Virus record (IMG/VR): IMGVR_UViG_3300029787_000058
Coordinates: 1 to 55,692 of that record
Strand: one strand, 5' to 3'
From: a virus
Lineage: Duplodnaviria > Caudoviricetes
Length of the DNA stretch: 55,692 nucleotides
The notes beneath the pieces are model-generated. The model was not told where the DNA came from, did not search any database, and saw nothing but the letters and a program-made list of their open reading frames with translations. Positions 37,670 through 45,526 of this stretch are shown in pieces (the first letter of the stretch is position 1; every line of letters starts with the position of its first letter). Made by a program: the position numbers and the translations under genes.

Positions 37670-37955
37670 GGTTTGGATTTTGTGGTTCGTCTTTCGTACG
37701 TATACAATTTAGCACCGCTTTTTTGCCATTTCCAAAAAAAATTTGCAAATAATTTTCTTACGTAGTAAAAAAGTTTTTCATCCAGTTTTGGGGCAGTCTT
37801 GAGCCTCGTACGTAATCAATATCACTTTGAAGAATGATCAAGTCTAGACACAATCTTGATTCATGACACGTACCTCTAACTTGTTAAACAAGTCAAACAA
37901 TGTGTCCCCTCCTCTGGAGGGATAGGTGTTTTCGGTTTGGTGGGAGGTTGATTGT

Positions 37956-38021
37956 TCGCACCCTCCTCAGGACTGGTCGAATTTTTCAGGCTGTCTTCGA
38001 CAGGTGGTGTCGCACCCTCCT
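37956..38021. repeat. 12-bp direct repeat TCGCACCCTCCT in GC-rich non-coding island
   Basis: Copies at 37956-37967 and 38010-38021. Confidence 0.8.
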
Positions 38022-38160
38022 ACGTGGATACCCACTGCCTTCGCGGGGAAACGCCTAAACCTTGCGCGCGTTTCGGCAGGAAAGGCACCCCCCATCGAAC
38101 TGGTTTGGGTTTCGGATCTCTCGGCTGACCGCGTGTATATATATATAATCCCCCCGCTGC

Positions 38161-38385
38161 TTATTTCTGAGAAATTTTGTGGACTTCTCTGAGTTGTTTA
38201 AGTTCTTCTTTTTTTTCTTTGTACTTCTTTTTAAGTGTTGAGTACTTCCGCTGTAAAATCAATATTTGGGAATATTGCTTTTTAAGCCATGGGGACATAC
38301 TAACGACACCGAGCGCAAAAAATAAAGAACACACTGTGATCATAATAAGGAACTCAGGGTTTTCGTTTATTTGCTCCAGGGTCAT
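38161..38385 (-). CDS. TM + basic coiled-coil protein
   Basis: N-terminal hydrophobic helix and Lys-rich tail. Confidence 0.55.
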   Translation of the reverse strand: MTLEQINENPEFLIMITVCSLFFALGVVSMSPWLKKQYSQILILQRKYSTLKKKYKEKKEELKQLREVHKISQK

Positions 38386-38615
38386 TTGTCCTGGTGTAGT
38401 AAAAGTGATTTACCTAGGGTGGGGTTTATCTTGGATATTGCCCGATAGATTATCCGGCTTCTTTTCTTTACTTCTGCCTTTTCTGTTTTGGTGCTGTCTT
38501 GTCCAAGGTTCTGATATTGTACAGCGTCCATGTACAGAAGTTTGTCTACTCTATACTTATCTGACTGGTGTATACAGTTCACGGTTTTCTCTATAAGTTG
38601 TTCATTAAATTTCAT
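38382..38615 (-). CDS. Hypothetical protein
   Basis: D.LL..DA..Y.NLG.DST..E...VK..SR.IY.AI pattern. Confidence 0.65.
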   Translation of the reverse strand: MKFNEQLIEKTVNCIHQSDKYRVDKLLYMDAVQYQNLGQDSTKTEKAEVKKRSRIIYRAISKINPTLGKSLLLHQDK

Positions 38616-38848
38616 AAGTCCTCTGTCAATTAATTACACTAAAAAAAATTATGCAAAGTAATGGCCCTTGCACACTGAGTTTCGTCTTTTGATTGTCGAG
38701 ATGTTCGTCGTTGAACGACATAATCTATAATATGCCTTTGGCTTATAGATGTAGTCTCTGTTCGTATTGTCTACACAAAGACGTGTCTGAAGGTACAACA
38801 AAAAAAGTTAAGATGCAACACTTGTTACAACATACAATACCAACTCTT

Positions 38849-39004
38849 CTAGAACGGTAACTTGCTGTCTCTGTTGAGATAGATTCCTAAAACAACACAT
38901 ATGATACCTAACAGCGACTTCATGTCGTGACACATAAAGAGCATCCCGCCAAAAATCATAAGTGCTTCGGGAAGTATTTTTTTAATTTCATCTAGTATAC
39001 TCAT
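38849..39004 (-). CDS. Small two-TM protein (51 aa, not in track)
   Basis: MSILDEIKKILPEALMIFGGMLFMCHDMKSLLGIICVVLGIYLNRDSKLPF*. Confidence 0.5.
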   Translation of the reverse strand: MSILDEIKKILPEALMIFGGMLFMCHDMKSLLGIICVVLGIYLNRDSKLPF

Positions 39005-39084
39005 TCTTTATCTATATTAAGTATAATAAAAAAGAAAGCGACTGACGCTACTACCAGGCCCCAAACAAAGCCCAGGAAAAACAT
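39001..39084 (-). CDS. Single-TM micropeptide (27 aa, not in track)
   Basis: MFFLGFVWGLVVASVAFFFIILNIDKE*; TAATG and ATGA coupling. Confidence 0.5.
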   Translation of the reverse strand: MFFLGFVWGLVVASVAFFFIILNIDKE

Positions 39085-39263
39085 TAGGCTGTTCTTGCGG
39101 CCTTTCTTCCGGCAGCAGCCTTCTTAGCCATCCCTGCCTTTCCGTATTTTTTAACGCCAGCAGTGTAAGCAATCTTTTGTGCTGCTTCTTTCGATTGACC
39201 TTTCTTCATAAGTTGAGCAACTAACTTTTTAAATGCTCCACCTTTATCAAACATCTTTTTCAT
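39084..39263 (-). CDS. Small K/A-rich basic protein (59 aa, not in track)
   Basis: MKKMFDKGGAFKKLVAQL...KKYGKAGMAKKAAAGRKAARTA*. Confidence 0.7.
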   Translation of the reverse strand: MKKMFDKGGAFKKLVAQLMKKGQSKEAAQKIAYTAGVKKYGKAGMAKKAAAGRKAARTA

Positions 39264-39268
39264 AATTA

Positions 39269-39511
39269 TTATTTTATTGTAGCCTCAAGGAGTCCACGTT
39301 CGTATTCTAGTTGTTTCTCTATGGATATTATTCTATCCTCAAGCCTGTTTATAACCTGAACCTTGTTGTCAAGTCTTTCATGTACCATAGTTAACTCTGT
39401 TTTCAAAGAGGTGAACTCAGCGAATAGACCTCCCGCTGTAAATATTGCGATGACAAACCATAAAAAGATCTGCCAGTTTTTCACAAAGGGGTTATATGCT
39501 GTGTTACTCAT
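39269..39511 (-). CDS. Small membrane protein, paralog of 92-328
   Basis: 63/70 amino-acid identity with many synonymous differences. Confidence 0.85.
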   Translation of the reverse strand: MSNTAYNPFVKNWQIFLWFVIAIFTAGGLFAEFTSLKTELTMVHERLDNKVQVINRLEDRIISIEKQLEYERGLLEATIK

Positions 39512-40139
39512 TTCCTTTAGGATACATATTCATATCTGGATCTGACATACCGTCAGGTAATATCCCTGCGAAACTTAACTCTGTTACAATCTCTTCTGCA
39601 TCTCCTGGCTTTAGATTAGGGAGAACACCTAGAATAGATCCAACAAAGTTATTTGCTACGTCTTCTCCTGTAGTTCTTAGTGCATCATAGACTCCACGCA
39701 GCCCATTTTTTTCATATCCTTCTTTTAAGGATGAAGGTAAATGTTTTACTTCGTGACCAGCACCCAATATATTTGCGGCAGCCACCCCTGCGGCATCTCC
39801 AACTATGTTTGTTATGATGTTAGGATTATAACCTCCGGTAATCATATTACTTACGTTCTGTGCTGTATAAGTACCAGCCAATGCGTGACGTATGTTATCA
39901 GGCTGATCACCATCTATACTACCAGACTCAACTAAACTCTCAGCAAAGTTGAATGCTTTCTCTTTGGGTTTACCTAAAAATTGATTTACTTGTTCTTCAC
40001 GAGTGGGTGCTCCTTCAGGAGGAGATATAAAATCCCCTATCCTATCTACGACCTTAGATGGAGTCCGGTACTTTTTTATTTCTCTTTTTACAGCGGAAAG
40101 TTTACCGCCATCTTGAAGGGGTCTAAACCTGTAGTTCAT
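39504..40139 (-). CDS. Protein with D..RH / HE / D..NN..G toxin-like domain
   Basis: DNIRHALAG, GAGHE, EDVANNFVG; N-terminal LQDGG. Confidence 0.5.
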   Translation of the reverse strand: MNYRFRPLQDGGKLSAVKREIKKYRTPSKVVDRIGDFISPPEGAPTREEQVNQFLGKPKEKAFNFAESLVESGSIDGDQPDNIRHALAGTYTAQNVSNMITGGYNPNIITNIVGDAAGVAAANILGAGHEVKHLPSSLKEGYEKNGLRGVYDALRTTGEDVANNFVGSILGVLPNLKPGDAEEIVTELSFAGILPDGMSDPDMNMYPKGNE

Positions 40140-40147
40140 TAATCTCC

Positions 40148-40321
40148 TTATCCACGAGTTTCAAAGGCGATGCCATTCAATACTAATAACTCTCTTCCGT
40201 CTCTACTTTTTAATACTTGAGAAAAAGCAGGAACATCTTTAGCCATGGGAGCGAATACTTCTTTACCAGAAGATAAATTTTTATTCTCTGCAAATGGAAC
40301 TTGCTTACGATACTTTGCCAT
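40148..40321 (-). CDS. Small hypothetical protein (57 aa, not in track)
   Basis: MAKYRKQVPFAENK...GIAFETRG*; TAATG-coupled to endolysin. Confidence 0.55.
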   Translation of the reverse strand: MAKYRKQVPFAENKNLSSGKEVFAPMAKDVPAFSQVLKSRDGRELLVLNGIAFETRG

Positions 40322-40989
40322 TATAACAATTTTAACATTTCTATTATCTCTGGTTGAGGGAATATATCTGACTTATCCTTTCGCACAGAGTTGTGTGTAA
40401 AGATACCACTTTCTCCTCGTAATGCTTTCTTTGAAACTCCCCACATATCTCTAGCATTGTATGTTTTATCAATACCATAATGATCTATCCAATAACGCAA
40501 TAGGTTTTCTACGCTACGTATTTGCTCATCTGAATATCTATGATAATGTCGCTTTCCTTTGTAAGGTTCTTCCAGGCTACACACCTCTTCTTTTGGAACC
40601 TCCCTGTTTACGTAGTTAAAAAACTTACCACTCTTTTCTTCTAAACCACCCCATGCACAGAGTTCTATACCTATAGACTTTTTATCTAATGGCATATAGT
40701 CGAGGTTGTAAGATTCGAATACCTCTCTTTTTATTCCAAGATGGTATGCCCAGTATTTACTAGAAAACGCCTGAACAATTTTACCATCCCCTTCTTTGGC
40801 TCCGGTGTTTGATATGCACACACAAGTAGCGATCCTACCTCTGCTATCATTGTTCCAGTGATTTACTGTGTTTACACCACTAGCATTTCCTGCTGTATGG
40901 TGTAGGTATACCTGATTCTTCTCCTGGGCATCTTTAATATATTCATTAGAAGAAAGTTTAACCTGTAATATGTCGTCAAGAAAACTCAT
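40321..40989 (-). CDS. Endolysin, N-acetylmuramoyl-L-alanine amidase (Amidase_2)
   Basis: YLHHTAG, WAYHLG, SIGIEL, THNSVRKDKSD..P. Confidence 0.88.
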   Translation of the reverse strand: MSFLDDILQVKLSSNEYIKDAQEKNQVYLHHTAGNASGVNTVNHWNNDSRGRIATCVCISNTGAKEGDGKIVQAFSSKYWAYHLGIKREVFESYNLDYMPLDKKSIGIELCAWGGLEEKSGKFFNYVNREVPKEEVCSLEEPYKGKRHYHRYSDEQIRSVENLLRYWIDHYGIDKTYNARDMWGVSKKALRGESGIFTHNSVRKDKSDIFPQPEIIEMLKLL

Positions 40990-41015
40990 AGTGTCTCATT
41001 TGGTTTTATAATGAT

Positions 41016-41032
41016 CAAATCTATTAACTTTG
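41016..41032. promoter_or_regulatory. Back-to-back divergent -7 promoters
   Basis: TAGATTTG on - strand (41016-41023) and TAACTTTG on + strand (41025-41032). Confidence 0.65.
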
Positions 41033-41053
41033 TTTATACATACACATACTGAA

Positions 41054-41278
41054 ATGAGCCTAATAGATATTTTTAAAGACAACAACGATTATAACGAGAA
41101 GACCATAATAGGTTTTTTGTCATTCGCTGTTATGATAATTGTAATGATAGTAGATCTAGTAACAGGATGGATAGGTAAAGACCTGGTAGTCAATGAGTTC
41201 ATCTATAATTCTTTTCTATTTGTAACCCTTGGATCATTTGGGATTGCAGGATTAGAAAAATTCTCACAAAGAAAATGA
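41054..41278 (+). CDS. Two-TM holin-like protein
   Basis: Two hydrophobic helices and charged C-terminus; divergent from endolysin. Confidence 0.55.
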   Translation: MSLIDIFKDNNDYNEKTIIGFLSFAVMIIVMIVDLVTGWIGKDLVVNEFIYNSFLFVTLGSFGIAGLEKFSQRK

Positions 41279-41703
41279 AGTTAAAGAAAACAAAAGCCAG
41301 TAAGAAGGTAGACGCCCCTGAAGGATTTCACTGGATGACAGAGAATGGAAGACACTTTTTAATGAAGGGAGACTATAAGCCACACGCAGGCGCTAGTCCA
41401 TCTGCTCCATTTAGAGTTGTTACCCATGACAAAGACATGAAGGCTGACATGGGAATGAAGGTAAAGGCCGCTAAAGAAGCAAAGAGCCGACTCAAGACTA
41501 TGGAATACGAAAAGGGAGGCAAAGTAAAAAAAAAGTCCAAAGTAAACGAGGCAGGAAACTATACTAAGCCTAGTCTTCGCAAAAGAATATTCAACAGAAT
41601 CAAGGCTGGAACTAAGGGTGGCAACGCAGGACAATGGTCTGCAAGGAAAGCCCAGATGTTAGCCAAAGCATATAAAGCCGCTGGAGGTGGATACACAAGT
41701 TAA
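41275..41703 (+). CDS. Basic protein with DUF5872-like C-terminal half
   Basis: NYTKP.LR..I...IKAG.KGG..GQWSARKAQMLA..YK.AGGGY; N-terminal AP.GFHWM; MEYEKGG. Confidence 0.6.
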   Translation: MKLKKTKASKKVDAPEGFHWMTENGRHFLMKGDYKPHAGASPSAPFRVVTHDKDMKADMGMKVKAAKEAKSRLKTMEYEKGGKVKKKSKVNEAGNYTKPSLRKRIFNRIKAGTKGGNAGQWSARKAQMLAKAYKAAGGGYTS

Positions 41704-41948
41704 TGGCACTAAAGAAATCACAAAAATCATTAAAGAACTGGACCAGTCAGAAGTGGAGAACTAAGTCTGGGAAAAAGTCATCAGAGACCGGAGAGAGGTA
41801 TCTCCCTGAAGCAGCAATAGAAAGCCTGAGCGACGAAGAGTACGCTGCAACCACTAGGGCTAAAAGAGCAGGATCTAAAAAAGGAAAGCAATTTGTTGCT
41901 CAACCTAAGAAGATCGCAAAGAAAACTAAGAGGTACAGAACTAACTAA
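41703..41948 (+). CDS. Basic protein (continuation of DUF5872-like module)
   Basis: Q.SL..WT.QKW.T...ERYLP..A...LS..E.AAT..AKR. Confidence 0.6.
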   Translation: MALKKSQKSLKNWTSQKWRTKSGKKSSETGERYLPEAAIESLSDEEYAATTRAKRAGSKKGKQFVAQPKKIAKKTKRYRTN

Positions 41949-42375
41949 AGGCTTCCTCTCCATTCATTTTTCTATATAAACGAGTAACGACTAGACGACC
42001 TCTTTGGGTTATAGCATATCTAACCCTGTAGTTATACTTAGTCTCCTCTCTAAAGAAAGATTCATCTACAGATCCACTGGGAGTTAATTTATCAAAGTGT
42101 TTATACACCCATCCATCACTCACCATCTTATGTATAAGTCTCTTTCGCATTCGTGACTCGCTCTTATTCAACGCTTTAGCAATATGTGCTATAGTAAAAA
42201 ACTCATAGTCATAAATAAACATTAAGAAATCAAGTTCTGCTCTGCCGAGTTGATGATTCTCTTTTGCATCTATATACAGAAAATGTAGGTTCTTTAGATT
42301 AGTATACAAAACCTCCTTAGATTCTTTTTTAGAAAACTCTCTAAATAGTTTCTTTCGGCTTGTGTAACTTTTCAT
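41941..42375 (-). CDS. Winged-helix (MarR-like) transcription regulator
   Basis: ELDFLMFIY...TIAHIAKAL...KMVSDGWV...YAITQRGR. Confidence 0.65.
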   Translation of the reverse strand: MKSYTSRKKLFREFSKKESKEVLYTNLKNLHFLYIDAKENHQLGRAELDFLMFIYDYEFFTIAHIAKALNKSESRMRKRLIHKMVSDGWVYKHFDKLTPSGSVDESFFREETKYNYRVRYAITQRGRLVVTRLYRKMNGEEAFS

Positions 42376-42383
42376 GATATAGG

Positions 42384-42391
42384 TATCTTTG
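42384..42391 (+). promoter_or_regulatory. -7 promoter TATCTTTG
   Basis: Consensus match upstream of 42408. Confidence 0.6.
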
Positions 42392-42407
42392 TTTCAAAAG
42401 TAATAAT

Positions 42408-43343
42408 ATGGGAAGTCTTAGCGGTGTAAAAATTAAAGATACGTTTGGTCTACTATTAAAGATGGCCACTTCACAGTTGTCAGCCACGGAAGAGGTTGTA
42501 CAGGATGGAGCCGGAAACAATAGTGCATTAAAGATATCTACAGATACAGTAGAAACAACTGGTACATTAAAGATAGGTTCAGCAGCAGCATCAACTACTG
42601 AAGAGAATGCATTGATGTTAAACTCATCAGGTGTAGTAGTAAAAAGAGATCTGAGCACCAACCCTATAGGTACAGCGAGTATTACAGCGAATAGTCCTAT
42701 CGTGGCTACAGGAAGTACGGTAGGTTTGACTGATCCATCTGCACTTACTGCACTAGCCGCATTAAATGTTGCCAATGATGACAAGTACCTAATATGGGAC
42801 GAGTCAACCTCATCCTATAAGTCTATAACTGTATCAGACGTAGCAACCTCTGTTGAGAGCAGAATAGCAGCAAACATAAACGTATTTACCGCAAGGGTGT
42901 CAGCACAAAATATTGCATCATCTGGAGCAGACATATCTTTTGCTCAAACTTTTGGACTTAACGATGACACAGGAACAACTGTTGCAACATCATCTACCGC
43001 TATAGGAACTGCTACGGCTGATGTGACATTGATGGATGGTACAGGAATAAGGACAGATATTCAAATAAACACAACAAGCCAGTATAGATTTGAAGTAGAT
43101 CTAGAAGTAACAACAGGAGGATCTCAGGGCGTTACTGTAGAACTTAGACATGACTCTGGAACCATAATGAAATTCTCAGAGACACTAGCCACAGGAACAA
43201 GTACGGTATCATTAAGCAGATCGTTATATGCTACTGGTGGACTAACCTATCAAGTAAAGGTATCTGGAACCGACACAGTTACAGTTACAGCGAATAGTAC
43301 AGTAAGAGTTTTAAGAGAAGGCGCTCCAAATACAGCGTTCTAG
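42408..43343 (+). CDS. Virion fibre/spike-like structural protein
   Basis: T/S/A-rich; LSG.KIKDT...LLK and DGAGN.S.L start; beta-sandwich-like C-terminus. Confidence 0.55.
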   Translation: MGSLSGVKIKDTFGLLLKMATSQLSATEEVVQDGAGNNSALKISTDTVETTGTLKIGSAAASTTEENALMLNSSGVVVKRDLSTNPIGTASITANSPIVATGSTVGLTDPSALTALAALNVANDDKYLIWDESTSSYKSITVSDVATSVESRIAANINVFTARVSAQNIASSGADISFAQTFGLNDDTGTTVATSSTAIGTATADVTLMDGTGIRTDIQINTTSQYRFEVDLEVTTGGSQGVTVELRHDSGTIMKFSETLATGTSTVSLSRSLYATGGLTYQVKVSGTDTVTVTANSTVRVLREGAPNTAF

Positions 43344-43360
43344 TAATAAGTAAAATCAAA

Positions 43361-43669
43361 ATGGATACTAAAAAAAGAGTAGAACTCTTTCTTTTGCTGA
43401 AGGTAAAGATGGAAGAGGTGATGGCGATTATAGATGAGCATGGAGCACGTGATGAGTTCCTAGCATCCTATTGCTTTGGCCTATCTACAGACACTCCTTT
43501 AGATAAAGCATTTACACACGACACATCGTATGAGTTTCTCGCAGGGTTTACAGCAGATAACTTAGACGAAATAGACGCAATGTTTGAAGCCATGCAGCGC
43601 GTCTATGATCAGAATGAGGATCTTAAAGGACCCTCTGATTCAATCGATTATTGGCTTAACATAAACTAA
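43361..43669 (+). CDS. Hypothetical acidic protein
   Basis: 102-aa ORF. Confidence 0.6.
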   Translation: MDTKKRVELFLLLKVKMEEVMAIIDEHGARDEFLASYCFGLSTDTPLDKAFTHDTSYEFLAGFTADNLDEIDAMFEAMQRVYDQNEDLKGPSDSIDYWLNIN

Positions 43670-43680
43670 CAAAAACCACG

Positions 43681-43794
43681 ATGGCAGAAAGCGCGAAGGA
43701 CTCACTAAGTTCTTTTATTAACGAATTAGAAGAGGTTCCTGTAGACCCTTCATGTAGCATAGACAACCCTGAATGCGAAGCCTGTGGTAGTTAG
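43681..43794 (+). CDS. 37-aa peptide resembling RNR alpha-subunit C-terminal redox tail (not in track)
   Basis: MAESAKDSLSSFINELEEVPVDPSCSIDNPECEACGS*; fills the intergenic gap exactly; A-rich upstream region. Confidence 0.75.
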   Translation: MAESAKDSLSSFINELEEVPVDPSCSIDNPECEACGS

Positions 43795-43813
43795 ATGAAA
43801 TAAAAATAAATTA

Positions 43814-44053
43814 ATGGAATTAATTAGAAAAATTGTTATTGGACAAAACCCAAAAGATGCAATGGCTTACTTTGTAGGTCAACGTGCTGGAGGAGCAACA
43901 GTTGACTCTATCGTTTTAGACGACAGATTATTTGCTAAACACGGAATTCGTCGCTACCTTGTATACTTATTTGATAAGGAAAAAGGTATTACTCTATGGA
44001 AGACCATAGACGATATGCCATGTTTAATTGAACACGACTGTGACTTTGAATGA
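43814..44053 (+). CDS. Conserved hypothetical protein
   Basis: IRKI.IG...KDAM.Y.VGQ...WK....MP..IE pattern, upstream of GroES-like gene. Confidence 0.65.
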   Translation: MELIRKIVIGQNPKDAMAYFVGQRAGGATVDSIVLDDRLFAKHGIRRYLVYLFDKEKGITLWKTIDDMPCLIEHDCDFE

Positions 44054-44700
44054 AATCTCTTAGATTTTTTATTGTTGATATCCCCAAAGTAAGCCGGGAT
44101 ACATTTATGATGGGTGATAAAGAATATTATCTAGACCCAAAGTATAACGAGTTTGAACATAGGGCCATGGAAGGCATTGTACACTCTGCTCCTATAAAAT
44201 ATAATACAGGAGTAGAAGAAGGAGATACATTATACTTTCATCACCACGTAACTTTAGGAGGTAATCATTTAACCCTTCCAGAGAACAAAAACAAATTAGA
44301 GGTTGCAGAAAGAAGAGGGCAATATGTTCACGGATACAAAGACCTTTATTATGTTACATATGATGGAGGCTATGACCCATTCTTTTGTCAAGCATATGCA
44401 TACAAAAGCAAAAAGACAGGAGAGATTAAACTGTTGGGAGAATGGATATTCTTAACTCCAGCAGAACAAGAAGAAGAACTCAAGAGCAACATTATACACT
44501 TGATGCCACAAAAGAAACCTGACTCTAATCAGTACGGATATGTAAGGTGGGGATCAGAAAAACTTAAAGAACTTGGACTATACGTTGGTGATAAAGTTTA
44601 CATAAAAAAGAATATGGACTATGTCATGTATATAAATGGAGAGAAATTATTTAGAACTTATTTAAATCATATAGATGCCAAAGTCGAAAAAGAAGTATGA
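44050..44700 (+). CDS. GroES-like co-chaperonin (tandem domains)
   Basis: G.V..P.....V..GDTLYFHH and G.V......GL.VGDKV......Y...I.GEKL. Confidence 0.65.
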   Translation: MKSLRFFIVDIPKVSRDTFMMGDKEYYLDPKYNEFEHRAMEGIVHSAPIKYNTGVEEGDTLYFHHHVTLGGNHLTLPENKNKLEVAERRGQYVHGYKDLYYVTYDGGYDPFFCQAYAYKSKKTGEIKLLGEWIFLTPAEQEEELKSNIIHLMPQKKPDSNQYGYVRWGSEKLKELGLYVGDKVYIKKNMDYVMYINGEKLFRTYLNHIDAKVEKEV

Positions 44701-44971
44701 TAATGTAACCACCGCTGTTAGATTAAAAGAGTCTATGCAAATCGCCATAGAACACATGATCAACGAAATACAAAAGCCTGTAGATCAGGAGTTAAGCGGT
44801 TCTCAACGTAAAGCAGAGTTGCAAGCAATCAAACAAACAGCGGTTGATGCCAAGGAACTAATCATAGAAAGAGAACGCCTAGAACAATTAATAAAAACGC
44901 TACAGGATAAAGGTGAGTTAAAAGAAGAGCAGGACTACTCAGGTGGCTTTGCAGAAAAATATTCAAAATGA
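44675..44971 (+). CDS. Putative terminase small subunit
   Basis: Helical 98-aa protein ending GFAE, upstream of large terminase. Confidence 0.5.
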   Translation: MPKSKKKYDNVTTAVRLKESMQIAIEHMINEIQKPVDQELSGSQRKAELQAIKQTAVDAKELIIERERLEQLIKTLQDKGELKEEQDYSGGFAEKYSK

Positions 44972-45525
44972 TTATAGTAGATAATTTTATAAAAGACAAA
45001 ACACTTTTAGACAGCATAGCCAACGATAAAAAATTCTTTGATAATAATGGTCAGTACTATTGGTATGATGGATGGTGGGTCGAAGAGCCGAACACGCTGA
45101 AGAAAAAACTTATAGAAAAGATCTGGGGACATAATTCTCCCTATCATGATGTCAGTGTGTGCGGATTTGAATACTGGACAGGACAGTTAGGTCCACAAAT
45201 AACGCATCAAGAATTACCGGCACACATAGATAAAGACGAAGCCGAATATGAAAAAACTGGGAAACATATAACGCCAACAATAGGAACTGTTTTTTATCCA
45301 GTACCCTTGGACATAGAAGGTGGTGAATTAGTTATATATTCAGAAGAAGAAAAAGCACCTGAGATTGTAAAGCCTGTGTTTAATCGGTTAGTCATATTTC
45401 CAGCGGGTCAACACAGACACAAAGTAAACATTGTAAATCAAGGAGTTAGGTCTGCTATAGCAATAAATTTATGGAAGCAAAAACCATCGGGGGAATTTTT
45501 AAAAGAACCTATACAGTTTATGTAA
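44968..45525 (+). CDS. 2OG-Fe(II) dioxygenase (prolyl-hydroxylase-like)
   Basis: HIDKD, EGGEL, P.FNRLVIF, H.V, R.AIAIN. Confidence 0.8.
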   Translation: MIIVDNFIKDKTLLDSIANDKKFFDNNGQYYWYDGWWVEEPNTLKKKLIEKIWGHNSPYHDVSVCGFEYWTGQLGPQITHQELPAHIDKDEAEYEKTGKHITPTIGTVFYPVPLDIEGGELVIYSEEEKAPEIVKPVFNRLVIFPAGQHRHKVNIVNQGVRSAIAINLWKQKPSGEFLKEPIQFM

Positions 45526-45526
45526 T

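Noticed and set aside
37926-38596. Plus-strand ORFs 37926-38192 and 38177-38596
   Set aside because: Atypical composition, antisense to better ORFs or within the GC-rich signal region.
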